Shown: positions 43,415 through 52,783 of the stretch, in pieces
Numbering within the stretch: position 1 is the first letter of the stretch
How the letters are laid out: the number at the start of each line of letters is the position of its first letter
Source: an uncultured Bacilli bacterium
GTDB taxonomy: Bacteria > Bacillota_I > Bacilli_A > RF39 > UBA660
Assembly (NCBI GenBank): GCA_944363785.1
Contig: CALVVF010000004.1
Span: forward strand, 459-64,458
Direction of reading: 5' to 3'
Length of the DNA stretch: 64,000 nt
The notes under the pieces: model-generated
Database searches by the model: none
What the model was told of the DNA's origin: nothing
The model's input: only the letters and a program-made list of their open reading frames with translations
Position numbers and translations under genes: made by a program

Positions 43415-44001
43415 GGAATAAAGGGAAATAGCATGCTAAAATACTATAAAAATGTAGTAAAGTATAATGAAAATGTCCAGTATGGCCTTGGTATCATTAC
43501 CGGTTGGAAATCGACAGATATGATTTTGAAACATCTAAGTGAAGAAGATGAATGAAAATATTTTACTGTAACGATAGAAAATAAGTAAATTCAGGTTACT
43601 TTCTATAGTATAGCAGGCAAAAATTACGTAGATTTATAGGAAAAAATGTACTTGAGTTGAGAAATCAATGTACTTTTTATATCAGTAATATCAACCATTA
43701 TTCTATTTAGGTCAAGAGTTAATGAAAACAGAACTAGCCCTAAAAAATCAACTTAGTTAGTACAAGATACCCAATTAGATTTAAAAGTAAAAAGAAAAAC
43801 ATTAAATTCACTCAATTGCCGTAGTACATGAATAAATAAAACCTCCAAAAAATCTAATTTTATAGTATTATTTAATGAATAAAATCATTAAAAATTCTGC
43901 AGAAGTCAAAGTAAAATTTGGCTTTTTTCTTGTCTAGACAAAAAAATATGATATAATGAGTATGATAAAGAATAAGTAAAGAATGAAAAGAGGGTTAATT
44001 T

Positions 44002-45099
44002 ATGGATAGAGAAGTAGTAGATTTATATTTAGATGACATTATCCCTAACCGTTTTCAACCACGTGAAGTATTTAATGAACAAGCATTACGTGAATTAGCT
44101 GATTCTATTAGAGCTCACGGAGTTATTCAGCCGATAATTGTTCGTAAAATAGGGGATAAATATGAAATTATAGCCGGAGAAAGAAGATATAAAGCTTCTG
44201 CCATGGCAGGATTAACCAAAATTCCAGCAATTATTAGAAATTTAGATGATAAAGAAACTTCAAAAGTTGCGTTACTAGAAAATCTACAACGAAAAGATTT
44301 GACTCCGATTGAAGAGGCAAGAACTTATCAAAAAATATTAGAATTAGATTCGATGACTCAAGAAGAATTAGGGCGTACCATGGGTAAATCACAAGCCGCT
44401 ATTGCGAACAAAATGCGTTTATTGTCTTTACCAGATGAAGTACAAGAAGCTCTTCTTCATGATCAAATTTCCGAAAGACATGCAAGAAGTCTATTAAATT
44501 TAGATACGAGTGAAGAACAAATTAGCATGCTTCATGCTATCATCGAAAAAAGAATGACAGTTAGAGAATTAGATCAAGAAATCAGAAGAATAAAAGGAAT
44601 TCCTGAACCTATATCTGAACAAGAAACGACAGGCATAAACAAAGATTTCAGTGATTCTCCTGATATCGCCCCAACACCGGTAAAGATTCCAGATGCTATC
44701 AGTTCAGCACCAACATCGCCGATAAACAACAAAAATGATTCACCAATCGACTTACTAGCTTCTGCTCATAAGACTACTTCTACTCCTGCTACGAAAATGG
44801 ACTCTTCTTTCCCACAAGTGGAAGAAGAAGAGGATATAATGAGCAATATATTTACTTTGGATGATAATGAAGATAATCGTTCTTCTGTAGCTCAATCAGA
44901 AATGATTACCGAGAAAAAAATAAATGATCCAATTGAAGAGTTATTGGATGATGAAGAATTATATTCTTTACGTGATGCAGTAAGTGAGTTACGTAGAACA
45001 GTTACTAACCTAGAGAAAAAAGGCTTTGTAATTAAAGTAGAAGAATTGGATTTTGAAAAAACTTACCAAGTCGTAATAAAAATCAATAAAGATATCTAA
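44002..45099 (+). CDS. noc: nucleoid occlusion protein Noc (ParB paralogue), atypical architecture
   Basis: ParB N-domain (IPNRFQPR, GERRYKAS). The HTH has a Noc-type signature, GKSQAAIANKMRLL...SERHAR. The C-terminus EELDFEKTYQVVIKINK matches B. subtilis Noc EEEFEEYIQLTIRIPK. The rsmG-noc-soj-spo0J synteny also supports the call. Confidence 0.8.
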   Translation: MDREVVDLYLDDIIPNRFQPREVFNEQALRELADSIRAHGVIQPIIVRKIGDKYEIIAGERRYKASAMAGLTKIPAIIRNLDDKETSKVALLENLQRKDLTPIEEARTYQKILELDSMTQEELGRTMGKSQAAIANKMRLLSLPDEVQEALLHDQISERHARSLLNLDTSEEQISMLHAIIEKRMTVRELDQEIRRIKGIPEPISEQETTGINKDFSDSPDIAPTPVKIPDAISSAPTSPINNKNDSPIDLLASAHKTTSTPATKMDSSFPQVEEEEDIMSNIFTLDDNEDNRSSVAQSEMITEKKINDPIEELLDDEELYSLRDAVSELRRTVTNLEKKGFVIKVEELDFEKTYQVVIKINKDI

Positions 45100-45100
45100 A

Positions 45101-45123
45101 AGTAGAGAGTTCTACTTTTTTTT
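45101..45123 (+). terminator. intrinsic terminator after noc
   Basis: AGTAGA-GAGT-TCTACT followed by T8. Confidence 0.7.
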
Positions 45124-45196
45124 AACAAGAGGTTTCCTAATTCTTAGTTTTCTGTTAAAATAGAATAGTATAAAATCAAAAAAAGGTGGTAAGAGC

Positions 45197-46006
45197 ATGG
45201 GAAAGATAATATCATTAGTAAATCAAAAAGGTGGAGTAGGAAAAACGACAACAAGTATCAATCTTTCTGCATCTTTAGCTTACTTAGGAAAAAGAGTATT
45301 GTTAATTGATTTAGACCCACAGGGAAATGCAACAACAGGTGTTGGAATTAATAAAGGAGATATTAGTAAGAGTGTTCATGATGTTATGACAGAAAAGTGT
45401 AATATCGTAGAAGCAATTATTAAGACGAAATATAAAAATCTTTATCTTTTGCCTGCAACGATTAATCTAGCTGGTATTGATATAGAATTGATGGAGATGA
45501 GTAAACAAGATCAAAATTTTTCTAAAAACGTCCAATTGAAGAAAGCTTTGGATCCAATTAGAGATTCTTTTGATTATATAATTATCGATTGCCCACCTTC
45601 TTTAGGATTAATTACAACTAATGCTTTAACAGCTTCTAATTCAGTAATTATTCCAGTTCAATGTGAATTTTTTGCCCTAGAAGGAATTACCCAGTTGTTA
45701 AATACAATTATGTTAGCGCAAAAAAACTTAAATCCAAATTTGGACATTGAAGGTGTACTATTAACGATGCTTGATTCAAGAGCAATTCTCTGTTTGGAAG
45801 TAGTTGAGGATATTAGAAGATTTTTTAAAGAACGTGTATACAACACAATTATTCCAAGATTAGTAAGAATTGCTGAGGCACCATCACATGGTACGCCAAT
45901 CATTGCATATGATTCTAAACATCGTGGCTCGATTGCTTATTTAAATTTAGCAAAGGAAGTGATTGAAAGAAATGGAAACTCAAACACAAGCACAAGCACA
46001 AACTAG
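45197..46006 (+). CDS. soj: chromosome partitioning ATPase ParA/Soj
   Basis: Deviant Walker A, NQKGGVGKTTT. Confidence 0.95.
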   Translation: MGKIISLVNQKGGVGKTTTSINLSASLAYLGKRVLLIDLDPQGNATTGVGINKGDISKSVHDVMTEKCNIVEAIIKTKYKNLYLLPATINLAGIDIELMEMSKQDQNFSKNVQLKKALDPIRDSFDYIIIDCPPSLGLITTNALTASNSVIIPVQCEFFALEGITQLLNTIMLAQKNLNPNLDIEGVLLTMLDSRAILCLEVVEDIRRFFKERVYNTIIPRLVRIAEAPSHGTPIIAYDSKHRGSIAYLNLAKEVIERNGNSNTSTSTN

Positions 46007-46886
46007 AAGAAAAGCCTTAGGAAGAGGCCTAGAAGAATTATTTAATAATGAACCAATGAACTATGAACAAATAGAAGAAAAAATTGTTACAACAACCCCA
46101 AAAGAACAAATCGTCGAATTGAACTTATCTGAATTACGTAGTAATCCTTACCAACCACGTAAAAATTTTGACGAAAAAGCCTTACAAGAATTAGCCAATT
46201 CAATCAGAGAATATGGTGTATTTCAACCGATTATTGCCAAAAAAAGCATTAAAGGATATGAAATTATAGCCGGAGAAAGAAGAGTAAAAGCATCTACTCT
46301 TGCCGGACGTGAAACTATACCAGCAATTCTTCGTGATTTTACTGATCAAGAAATGATGGAAATTGCGCTTTTAGAGAACCTTCAACGAGAAAATTTAAAT
46401 GCTTTAGAAGAAGCGCTTGCGTATAAAAAATTAATTGAAGAATTATCATTGACGCAAGAAGCATTGGCTAATAGAATTGGAAAAAGTAGAAGCCATATTA
46501 CGAATATGTTAGGACTTTTGTCATTACCAGAAGAAGTAAAAGATTTAATCATGGAAAACAAATTAACTATGGGGCACGCACGTGCTTTGAGTAAACTTGA
46601 AAATCCAACGAAAATTAAAGATTTAGCCCAAAAGGTAGTAATGGAGAACTTAAGTGTTCGTCAAGTTGAAAATCTTGCTACCGAACCAACGACAGAAAAA
46701 ACAAGAAAAAATAGAAAAGCAAATAATTTATCCCTTGAATATCGAACTGTAGAAGAAACATTATCTGAAAAATTAGGAACAAAAGTAAAAATTAATCATA
46801 ATAAGCTAGAAATTTCTTTTACTAATCATAATGATTTAAATCGTTTATTAGAAATAATGGGGATAGATAAGGAAAAAGCCATCTAA
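45972..46886 (+). CDS. parB: chromosome partitioning protein ParB/Spo0J
   Basis: N-terminal RKALGRGLEELF ParA-interaction motif, then NPYQPRK and GERRVKAS. The HTH GKSRSHITNMLGLL...MGHAR is ParB-type. The track ORF starts at TTG 45963; ATG 45972 after AAGGAAG is preferred. Confidence 0.92.
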   Translation: METQTQAQAQTRRKALGRGLEELFNNEPMNYEQIEEKIVTTTPKEQIVELNLSELRSNPYQPRKNFDEKALQELANSIREYGVFQPIIAKKSIKGYEIIAGERRVKASTLAGRETIPAILRDFTDQEMMEIALLENLQRENLNALEEALAYKKLIEELSLTQEALANRIGKSRSHITNMLGLLSLPEEVKDLIMENKLTMGHARALSKLENPTKIKDLAQKVVMENLSVRQVENLATEPTTEKTRKNRKANNLSLEYRTVEETLSEKLGTKVKINHNKLEISFTNHNDLNRLLEIMGIDKEKAI

Positions 46887-46901
46887 TGAGGAAGTGAAAA
46901 A

Positions 46902-47711
46902 ATGATAGAAAAGATAATGATTCCTGAAATCTATTTACCAATTATCTATATCTGTATTGCTATTATTTTAAATAGTATCTGCAAAAAAGTAATTGGAACA
47001 ATTATTGAGAATAAACAAAAAACATTAAAGAAAAACAGTTATAATTATAAAAAAACAGAAACCTTTCGTGTTTTAGTAAATAATATTATTAAATATGTAA
47101 TTATCTTATTCTTAATTTTAGCTATTTTAACAGTATACGGGGTTGATGTTACATCGATCTTAGCAGGATTAGGAATTGCCGGTGTCGTTGCAAGTTTAGC
47201 TCTACAAGATTTAGCGAAAGATATAATTGCAGGAATTAGTATCATTTTAGAAAATCAATATGCAATGGGAGACACCATCTCAATTAATGGTTTTAAAGGT
47301 GAAGTAGTATTTTTAGGATTAAAAACAACCCGTATTAAAAGTTGGGAAGGGGAAATAAAAATTCTCGCTAACCGAAATATTACGGAAGTAATCAATTATA
47401 GTATTTCTAGTTCCTTAGCTATCGTCGATGTCGGCGTAAATTATGGGGAAGATTTAGAAAAGGTAGAAAAAGTATTAAATGATGTAGCAAGTGAGTTGAC
47501 CAAAAGTCTCCCAAAGTTAAAAGGAGAAGTAGAAGTATTAGGAATTGATCAGTTTTCTGATTCAGCACTAGTCTATCGAATTATTGCCCCAACAGTTAGT
47601 ATGGAACATTATGGTATCGCACGTAAAATTAGAAAAGAGATCGTTCTTAGTTTTGAAAAGAATAACATAGAGATTCCTTATACTCAGATTGAGGTGCACA
47701 ATGGAAAATAA
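46902..47711 (+). CDS. small-conductance mechanosensitive channel (MscS family)
   Basis: Three TM helices followed by the MscS beta-domain region QYAMGDTISINGFKGEVVFLGLKTTRIK. Confidence 0.8.
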   Translation: MIEKIMIPEIYLPIIYICIAIILNSICKKVIGTIIENKQKTLKKNSYNYKKTETFRVLVNNIIKYVIILFLILAILTVYGVDVTSILAGLGIAGVVASLALQDLAKDIIAGISIILENQYAMGDTISINGFKGEVVFLGLKTTRIKSWEGEIKILANRNITEVINYSISSSLAIVDVGVNYGEDLEKVEKVLNDVASELTKSLPKLKGEVEVLGIDQFSDSALVYRIIAPTVSMEHYGIARKIRKEIVLSFEKNNIEIPYTQIEVHNGK

Positions 47712-47895
47712 AGAATATACTCTAAATAGTAAAGTAATCATGAAAAAACAACATCCCTGTGGCAGTAATGAGTGGGAAATTGTAAGACTTGGTGCTGATA
47801 TTAAAATTAAATGCTGTAACTGTGGAAGAACGATCATGATGCCTCGAATCGAATTTAATAAAAAACTGAAAAAAGTAATCGAGAGTGAGGAATAA
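47701..47895 (+). CDS. DUF951 (YyzM-like) small protein
   Basis: KKQHPCGSNEWEIVRLGADIKIKCCNCGR is typical of DUF951. Start at MENKEY after a GAGGTG RBS. Confidence 0.7.
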   Translation: MENKEYTLNSKVIMKKQHPCGSNEWEIVRLGADIKIKCCNCGRTIMMPRIEFNKKLKKVIESEE

Positions 47896-47898
47896 GCA

Positions 47899-49491
47899 AT
47901 GAAAGAAAAGAAGAAATTAAAGTTGAAACGATTTCACTTTCACCCTGTTACTACATTTATATTACTGACGATTTTAGTAGTTATCTTAAGTGGAATTTTT
48001 TCAGCCCTAGAAATTCAAGCAACATATAGCAATTTAAATTTAGCAACGTATGAGATTGAAAATACTTTGGTAACCGTAAAAAATCTTTTTAATTATGACG
48101 GCTTAAAATATATAATTAGTAATGCTACTCGTAACTTTATCAGTTTTACAACCTTAAGTACTTTGTTAATCTCCTTGATAGGGTTATCTGTAGCACAAGC
48201 AACAGGCTTTTTAGATACTTTTATCAAACGTGTATTAGTAAAAATAGATAATAAGAAGATTACATTTATGTTAATCTTTATATCGATTATCTCTAGTTTG
48301 ATTAATGAGATAGGTTATGTTATTTTAATTCCATTATCGGCGATCATTTTCATGAAAAATAAGCGAAATCCATTAGCAGGAATTATTACCGCTTTCTGTG
48401 GAGTAGCTTTTGGATATGGAGTAACTTTATTTGTCGGTTCGATGGAAGTAAATTTAATTCCCATTACAGAAGCGGCAGCTAGAATGATTGATCCTACTTA
48501 TCATGTAGCCTTGAGCTCTAACTTGATTATTATTATTTTAACTTCATTAATTTTATCAGTAGTAGGAACAATTATTATTGAAAAACTAGTTATTCCTAAA
48601 TTAGGAAAATATAAAGATCAAAATGAAGTTACTGTCGAACTAGAAGTGATTGAAGATGTAGAAGAAGCAGAGCAGAGAAAATTAGAAGAAGAATCTCGAG
48701 AAAAGAAAGGACTTAATAATGCCTTTTTCGCAACCATTATTTTTGTGGTTCTCTTTGTCTACTCTTTATTACCTAATTTACCATTTTCTGGAATGTTGTT
48801 GGATATGGAAGAAACAACTTATCTAGGACAAGTATTTGGTAGTAATTCTTATTTTCAAGATGGGTTTACGTTCCTAATTGCCTTATATTTCTTAGTAGTA
48901 GGTATTGCTTATGGAATTGGTGCTAAGACGATAAAAAATGATAAACAATTAATTATGGATTCAGGAAAATATATTGCTGATATTGGAAGTTTAGTTATTT
49001 TAATATTTTTTGCTTCTCAATTTATTGCTATATTTAAAGAAACAAATATTGGTACAGTAATCACGGCTTGGGGAGCGAATATTATTAACAGTCTAAACTT
49101 TACTGGAATTCCGTTATTATTATTAGTAATTATTGTTATCGCAATTGTAAATATCTTCACGACGACACCAGTTGCCAAATGGACAATTTTAGCGCCCGTT
49201 GTCGTACCGAAATTAATGCAGGCTAACATTACTCCAGAATTTGCACAATTTATATTACGTGCTGCTGATTCAATGACAAAAGGAATTACGCCTTTACTTG
49301 CTTACTTCGTTATCTTTGTTGGTTATTTAAATATGTATAATCCAAACAAGAAGAAACCAATAACCATCTCTTATGCATTAAAATTAGTAACACCTTTTTG
49401 CTTAATCATCAGTTTAGCATGGATTGCCATTATTTTATTATGGTATATATCAGGTTTACCAATTGGTCCTGGTGTTTACCCTACACTATAA
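47899..49491 (+). CDS. AbgT-family (p-aminobenzoyl-glutamate type) transporter
   Basis: 530-aa polytopic membrane protein. The family call comes from its overall pattern and length and is recalled, not computed. Confidence 0.6.
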   Translation: MKEKKKLKLKRFHFHPVTTFILLTILVVILSGIFSALEIQATYSNLNLATYEIENTLVTVKNLFNYDGLKYIISNATRNFISFTTLSTLLISLIGLSVAQATGFLDTFIKRVLVKIDNKKITFMLIFISIISSLINEIGYVILIPLSAIIFMKNKRNPLAGIITAFCGVAFGYGVTLFVGSMEVNLIPITEAAARMIDPTYHVALSSNLIIIILTSLILSVVGTIIIEKLVIPKLGKYKDQNEVTVELEVIEDVEEAEQRKLEEESREKKGLNNAFFATIIFVVLFVYSLLPNLPFSGMLLDMEETTYLGQVFGSNSYFQDGFTFLIALYFLVVGIAYGIGAKTIKNDKQLIMDSGKYIADIGSLVILIFFASQFIAIFKETNIGTVITAWGANIINSLNFTGIPLLLLVIIVIAIVNIFTTTPVAKWTILAPVVVPKLMQANITPEFAQFILRAADSMTKGITPLLAYFVIFVGYLNMYNPNKKKPITISYALKLVTPFCLIISLAWIAIILLWYISGLPIGPGVYPTL

Positions 49492-49561
49492 ACAACTGCC
49501 AAAGTTGTTTTCTTTTTCATTTAAATTATGTTATACTAGTACTAGAAATGAGGTAATATTT

Positions 49562-50662
49562 ATGAGTTTAACAGCAGGAATAGTAGGACTTCCTAATGTA
49601 GGAAAGAGTACCTTGTTCAATGCAATTACAAAAAATAGTATTTTAGCAGCTAATTATCCATTTGCGACTATCGATCCTAATGTTGGTGTTGTTACAGTAC
49701 CCGATGAACGTTTGGAAAAATTAAATGTGATGTATCAACCAAAACAAAAAATACCAACGGCTTTCGAATTTACGGATATAGCTGGACTTGTAAAAGGAGC
49801 AAGTAAGGGAGAAGGATTAGGAAATAAGTTCTTGTCTCATATTCGCGAAACTGATGCTATCGTAGAAGTAGTAAGATGCTTCGAAAATAAAGATATTGTT
49901 CATGTTGAGGGAAAAATCGATCCCCTTCGTGATATTGAAATAATTAATCTAGAATTAATATTAGCAGATCTAGAGAGTATAGGTAATCGTATTGAAAAAA
50001 TAGGTAAAAAAGCAAGAACATCTAAAGTAAAAGAAGATCAGATTGAACTAGAAGCCTTAGAAAAAGCAAAGGATGCTTTAGAAAAAAATCAAACTTTAAG
50101 GACTGTAGACTTTACCAAAGAAGAAAAACATGCATTAAAGTCTTATAACTTCTTAACGATAAAACCAATTATCTATTTAGCCAATATAGATGAAGAGGAA
50201 ATAACAGAATCAGATAATGAGTATGTTAAACAAGTTAAAGACTATGCAAGTAAAGAGAATTCTAAAGTGATCAAAGTCTGTGCTAAAATTGAAGAAGAAT
50301 TAAGTCAACTAGATGAAAATGATAAGGCTGAAATGCTTCAAGCATTAAAAATACCTATGAGTGGTCTTGATCAATTAATTAAAGCTACTTATGATCTATT
50401 AGGATTAGCTACTTATTTTACAGTAGGAAAAGACGAAGTGAGAGCTTGGACATTTAAAAAAGGAATGAATGCTAAAGAATGTGCTGGAATTATACACAGT
50501 GATTTCGAAAGAGGATTTATTCGCGCTGAAGTAATGTCTTATTCTGACTTAATAGAATTAGGAAGCGAACAAAAAGTGAAAGAAGCAGGAAAAGCTAGAT
50601 TAGAAGGTAAAGATTATCTAATGCAAGATGGAGATATTTGTCATTTTAGATTCAATGTATAA
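49562..50662 (+). CDS. ychF: redox-regulated ATPase YchF
   Basis: GIVGLPNVGKSTLFNA G1 motif. The C-terminal TGS-like domain ends DGDICHFRFNV. Start at MSLTAG (GAGGTAA RBS); the 46 upstream track codons are discarded. Confidence 0.93.
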   Translation: MSLTAGIVGLPNVGKSTLFNAITKNSILAANYPFATIDPNVGVVTVPDERLEKLNVMYQPKQKIPTAFEFTDIAGLVKGASKGEGLGNKFLSHIRETDAIVEVVRCFENKDIVHVEGKIDPLRDIEIINLELILADLESIGNRIEKIGKKARTSKVKEDQIELEALEKAKDALEKNQTLRTVDFTKEEKHALKSYNFLTIKPIIYLANIDEEEITESDNEYVKQVKDYASKENSKVIKVCAKIEEELSQLDENDKAEMLQALKIPMSGLDQLIKATYDLLGLATYFTVGKDEVRAWTFKKGMNAKECAGIIHSDFERGFIRAEVMSYSDLIELGSEQKVKEAGKARLEGKDYLMQDGDICHFRFNV

Positions 50663-50885
50663 GTGGTAAAATAATATTAGATAATAAAGCAAAAAAACAA
50701 TTATGAACAACCATGATTGTTACTAAGATAGGTTAAAAATTACTACTTATTATCTCATTTAAACAGCATTGATGAATCTTAAGCAATGAATAATAAAAAA
50801 TATATTGCAGCAAGTATTTCTATCATGAGAATAAATAATGATAGAAAAACAGCATAAAATTAAGTAAAAGAAAGAAGGTTTAAAT

Positions 50886-51527
50886 TTGAATAATAAGATA
50901 TTTTCTAAAGTATTTTTATGGATGTTTATTGGTTTGCTAGTAACATTCTTAACTGGTATTTATACCTCTACAAATGTCGATGCCTTAGAAGTTATATTTA
51001 CCAAAAGTGGATATTGGATATTACTGATTATAGAAATCGGTTTAGCGATATTCTTAGCAGCAAGAATTCATAAAATGAGTCCCGCAACGGCAAAATTATG
51101 CTATTTACTGTATACATTTTTTACGGGTTTAACTTTTTCCTCGATTTTTATCGCCTATGAAATAGAATCTATCATGTTGGTCTTCTTAGTAAGCGCAGTT
51201 CTATTCTTGATTTTTGCTCTTATCGGCAAAGTAACCAAAATTGACTTAACAAAAGTAGGAACCATTTTACTTATGGCCTTACTGGGAGTAATTTTATGTA
51301 CAATAATCAATATTTTCCTACAAAATAGTACGTTTGATATGATTCTATCTGGCATTAGTGTCTTAATCTTCTTAGGATTCATTGCTTATGATATTCAAAA
51401 AATAAAAAGATTAGACGGAATATTAAGAGAAGAAAATCTAGCTATAATTGGTGCCTTTGAATTATATTTAGACTTTATTAACATCTTCTTAGATTTGTTA
51501 AATTTGTTTGGAAATAGTAAAGAATAG
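50886..51527 (+). CDS. BAX inhibitor-1/YccA family membrane protein
   Basis: 213 aa, 7 TM helices, typical N-terminus FSKVFLWMFIGLLVT. TTG start. Confidence 0.7.
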   Translation: MNNKIFSKVFLWMFIGLLVTFLTGIYTSTNVDALEVIFTKSGYWILLIIEIGLAIFLAARIHKMSPATAKLCYLLYTFFTGLTFSSIFIAYEIESIMLVFLVSAVLFLIFALIGKVTKIDLTKVGTILLMALLGVILCTIINIFLQNSTFDMILSGISVLIFLGFIAYDIQKIKRLDGILREENLAIIGAFELYLDFINIFLDLLNLFGNSKE

Positions 51528-51561
51528 AAAAAATAGTAAAAAAAATACCTGAGAAATCAAA

Positions 51562-51588
51562 AAAGCATTTACAAGAATGCTTTTTTTT
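51562..51588 (+). terminator. intrinsic terminator
   Basis: AAGCATT-TACAAG-AATGCTT followed by T8. Confidence 0.7.
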
Positions 51589-51658
51589 GATATATTACTA
51601 CCGAGTATTTAATACTCCTTGCCAAGTATTGGCCTTAAGTCCAGAAGGAGGTGTAAAA

Positions 51659-51949
51659 ATGAAAAAGTATGAGATTATGTTCATCGTAAAGCCTGATTTA
51701 GAAGAAGAAAACATCAAAAAAATAGCAAACAGTATGAAAGAAATGTTAGAATCAAATGAGGCTAAAGTATTAGAAGTAAAAGAAATGGGACAAAGAGAAC
51801 TTGCCTATGAAATCAAAAAATACAAGACTGGTTATTACTTCTTATTTGTCATTGAAACTGAAACAGTGACAGCTACTAAAGAATTTGAACGTCTAGCATT
51901 AATTAACGAAAATATTATTCGTCATTTAATTGTAAGAGTAGAAGATTAA
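51659..51949 (+). CDS. rpsF: 30S ribosomal protein S6
   Basis: MKKYEIMFIVKPDL N-terminus after a GAAGGAGGTG RBS. The track ORF is over-extended by 24 codons. Confidence 0.95.
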   Translation: MKKYEIMFIVKPDLEEENIKKIANSMKEMLESNEAKVLEVKEMGQRELAYEIKKYKTGYYFLFVIETETVTATKEFERLALINENIIRHLIVRVED

Positions 51950-51961
51950 GAGAGGGTCAAA

Positions 51962-52444
51962 ATGAATAAAGTATTTTTAATCGGAAGATTAACAAAAGAT
52001 CCAGAACTACGTTATACGAGTAATAATACTGCAGCAGCTTCATTTAGTATTGCAGTAAATAGAAATTTTACTAATCAAAATGGAGAACGTGAAGCAGACT
52101 TTATTAATATTGTTGTATGGCGTAAACAAGCTGAAAATGTAAAACAATATTTAACCAAAGGAAGTCAAGTAGCGATCGATGGAAGAATTCAAACAAGAAC
52201 TTATGATGCCCAAGATGGTAGTAAGCGTTATGTAACAGAAGTAGTAGCAGACAATGTACAATTTTTAGATACCAGATCTTCGTCTACTCCAAACGCAAGC
52301 TCATCAATGTCATCAGTAAATAATAACCCATCTCCATATGATTTTGCTACCTCATCTGAAACACCAACTACAGATGTTTCGTCTGATCCATTTGCAGATT
52401 TTGGTTCTAGTATTGAAATAAGTGATGATGAATTACCATTCTAA
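51962..52444 (+). CDS. ssb: single-stranded DNA-binding protein
   Basis: MNKVFLIGRLTKDPELRYT OB-fold N-terminus and an acidic DDELPF tail. Confidence 0.95.
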   Translation: MNKVFLIGRLTKDPELRYTSNNTAAASFSIAVNRNFTNQNGEREADFINIVVWRKQAENVKQYLTKGSQVAIDGRIQTRTYDAQDGSKRYVTEVVADNVQFLDTRSSSTPNASSSMSSVNNNPSPYDFATSSETPTTDVSSDPFADFGSSIEISDDELPF

Positions 52445-52459
52445 AGAAGGAGGGAAAGT

Positions 52460-52675
52460 ATGGCAGAATTTTATAGAAAAAAGAAAAAAGTATGCTACAT
52501 GTGTACAGGAAAAAGCATTAACTATAAAGATGTAGATACTTTAAAAAGATATATCAATGACCGTGGTAAAATTTTACCAAGAAGAATTACAGGTAATTGC
52601 GCAAAACATCAACGTTTTATTGCAGAACAAATCAAACGTGCTCGTGCAATTGCTTTATTACCATATACAAAATAA
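52460..52675 (+). CDS. rpsR: 30S ribosomal protein S18
   Basis: [24 protein letters not shown] motif. Confidence 0.95.
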   Translation: MAEFYRKKKKVCYMCTGKSINYKDVDTLKRYINDRGKILPRRITGNCAKHQRFIAEQIKRARAIALLPYTK

Positions 52676-52680
52676 AAAAA

Positions 52681-52711
52681 AGACTACCAACTATTTGTTG
52701 ATAGTCTTTTT
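52681..52711 (+). terminator. intrinsic terminator after rpsR
   Basis: AGACTACCAAC-TATTT-GTTGATAGTCT followed by TTTT. Confidence 0.7.
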
Positions 52712-52783
52712 AAGAATACTGAGGTAAGATGACAGAAAATAAAATTTGTAGTATAATGTAAATGGGTTTTCTAAGGAGGAAGA

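Noticed and set aside
46140-46600. A parS site inside the parB gene, as in B. subtilis spo0J.
   Set aside because: The only CACGT-containing stretches are AACCACGTAAAAAT (the QPRK codons) and GCACGCACGTGCTT. Neither matches the TGTT/AACA arms.
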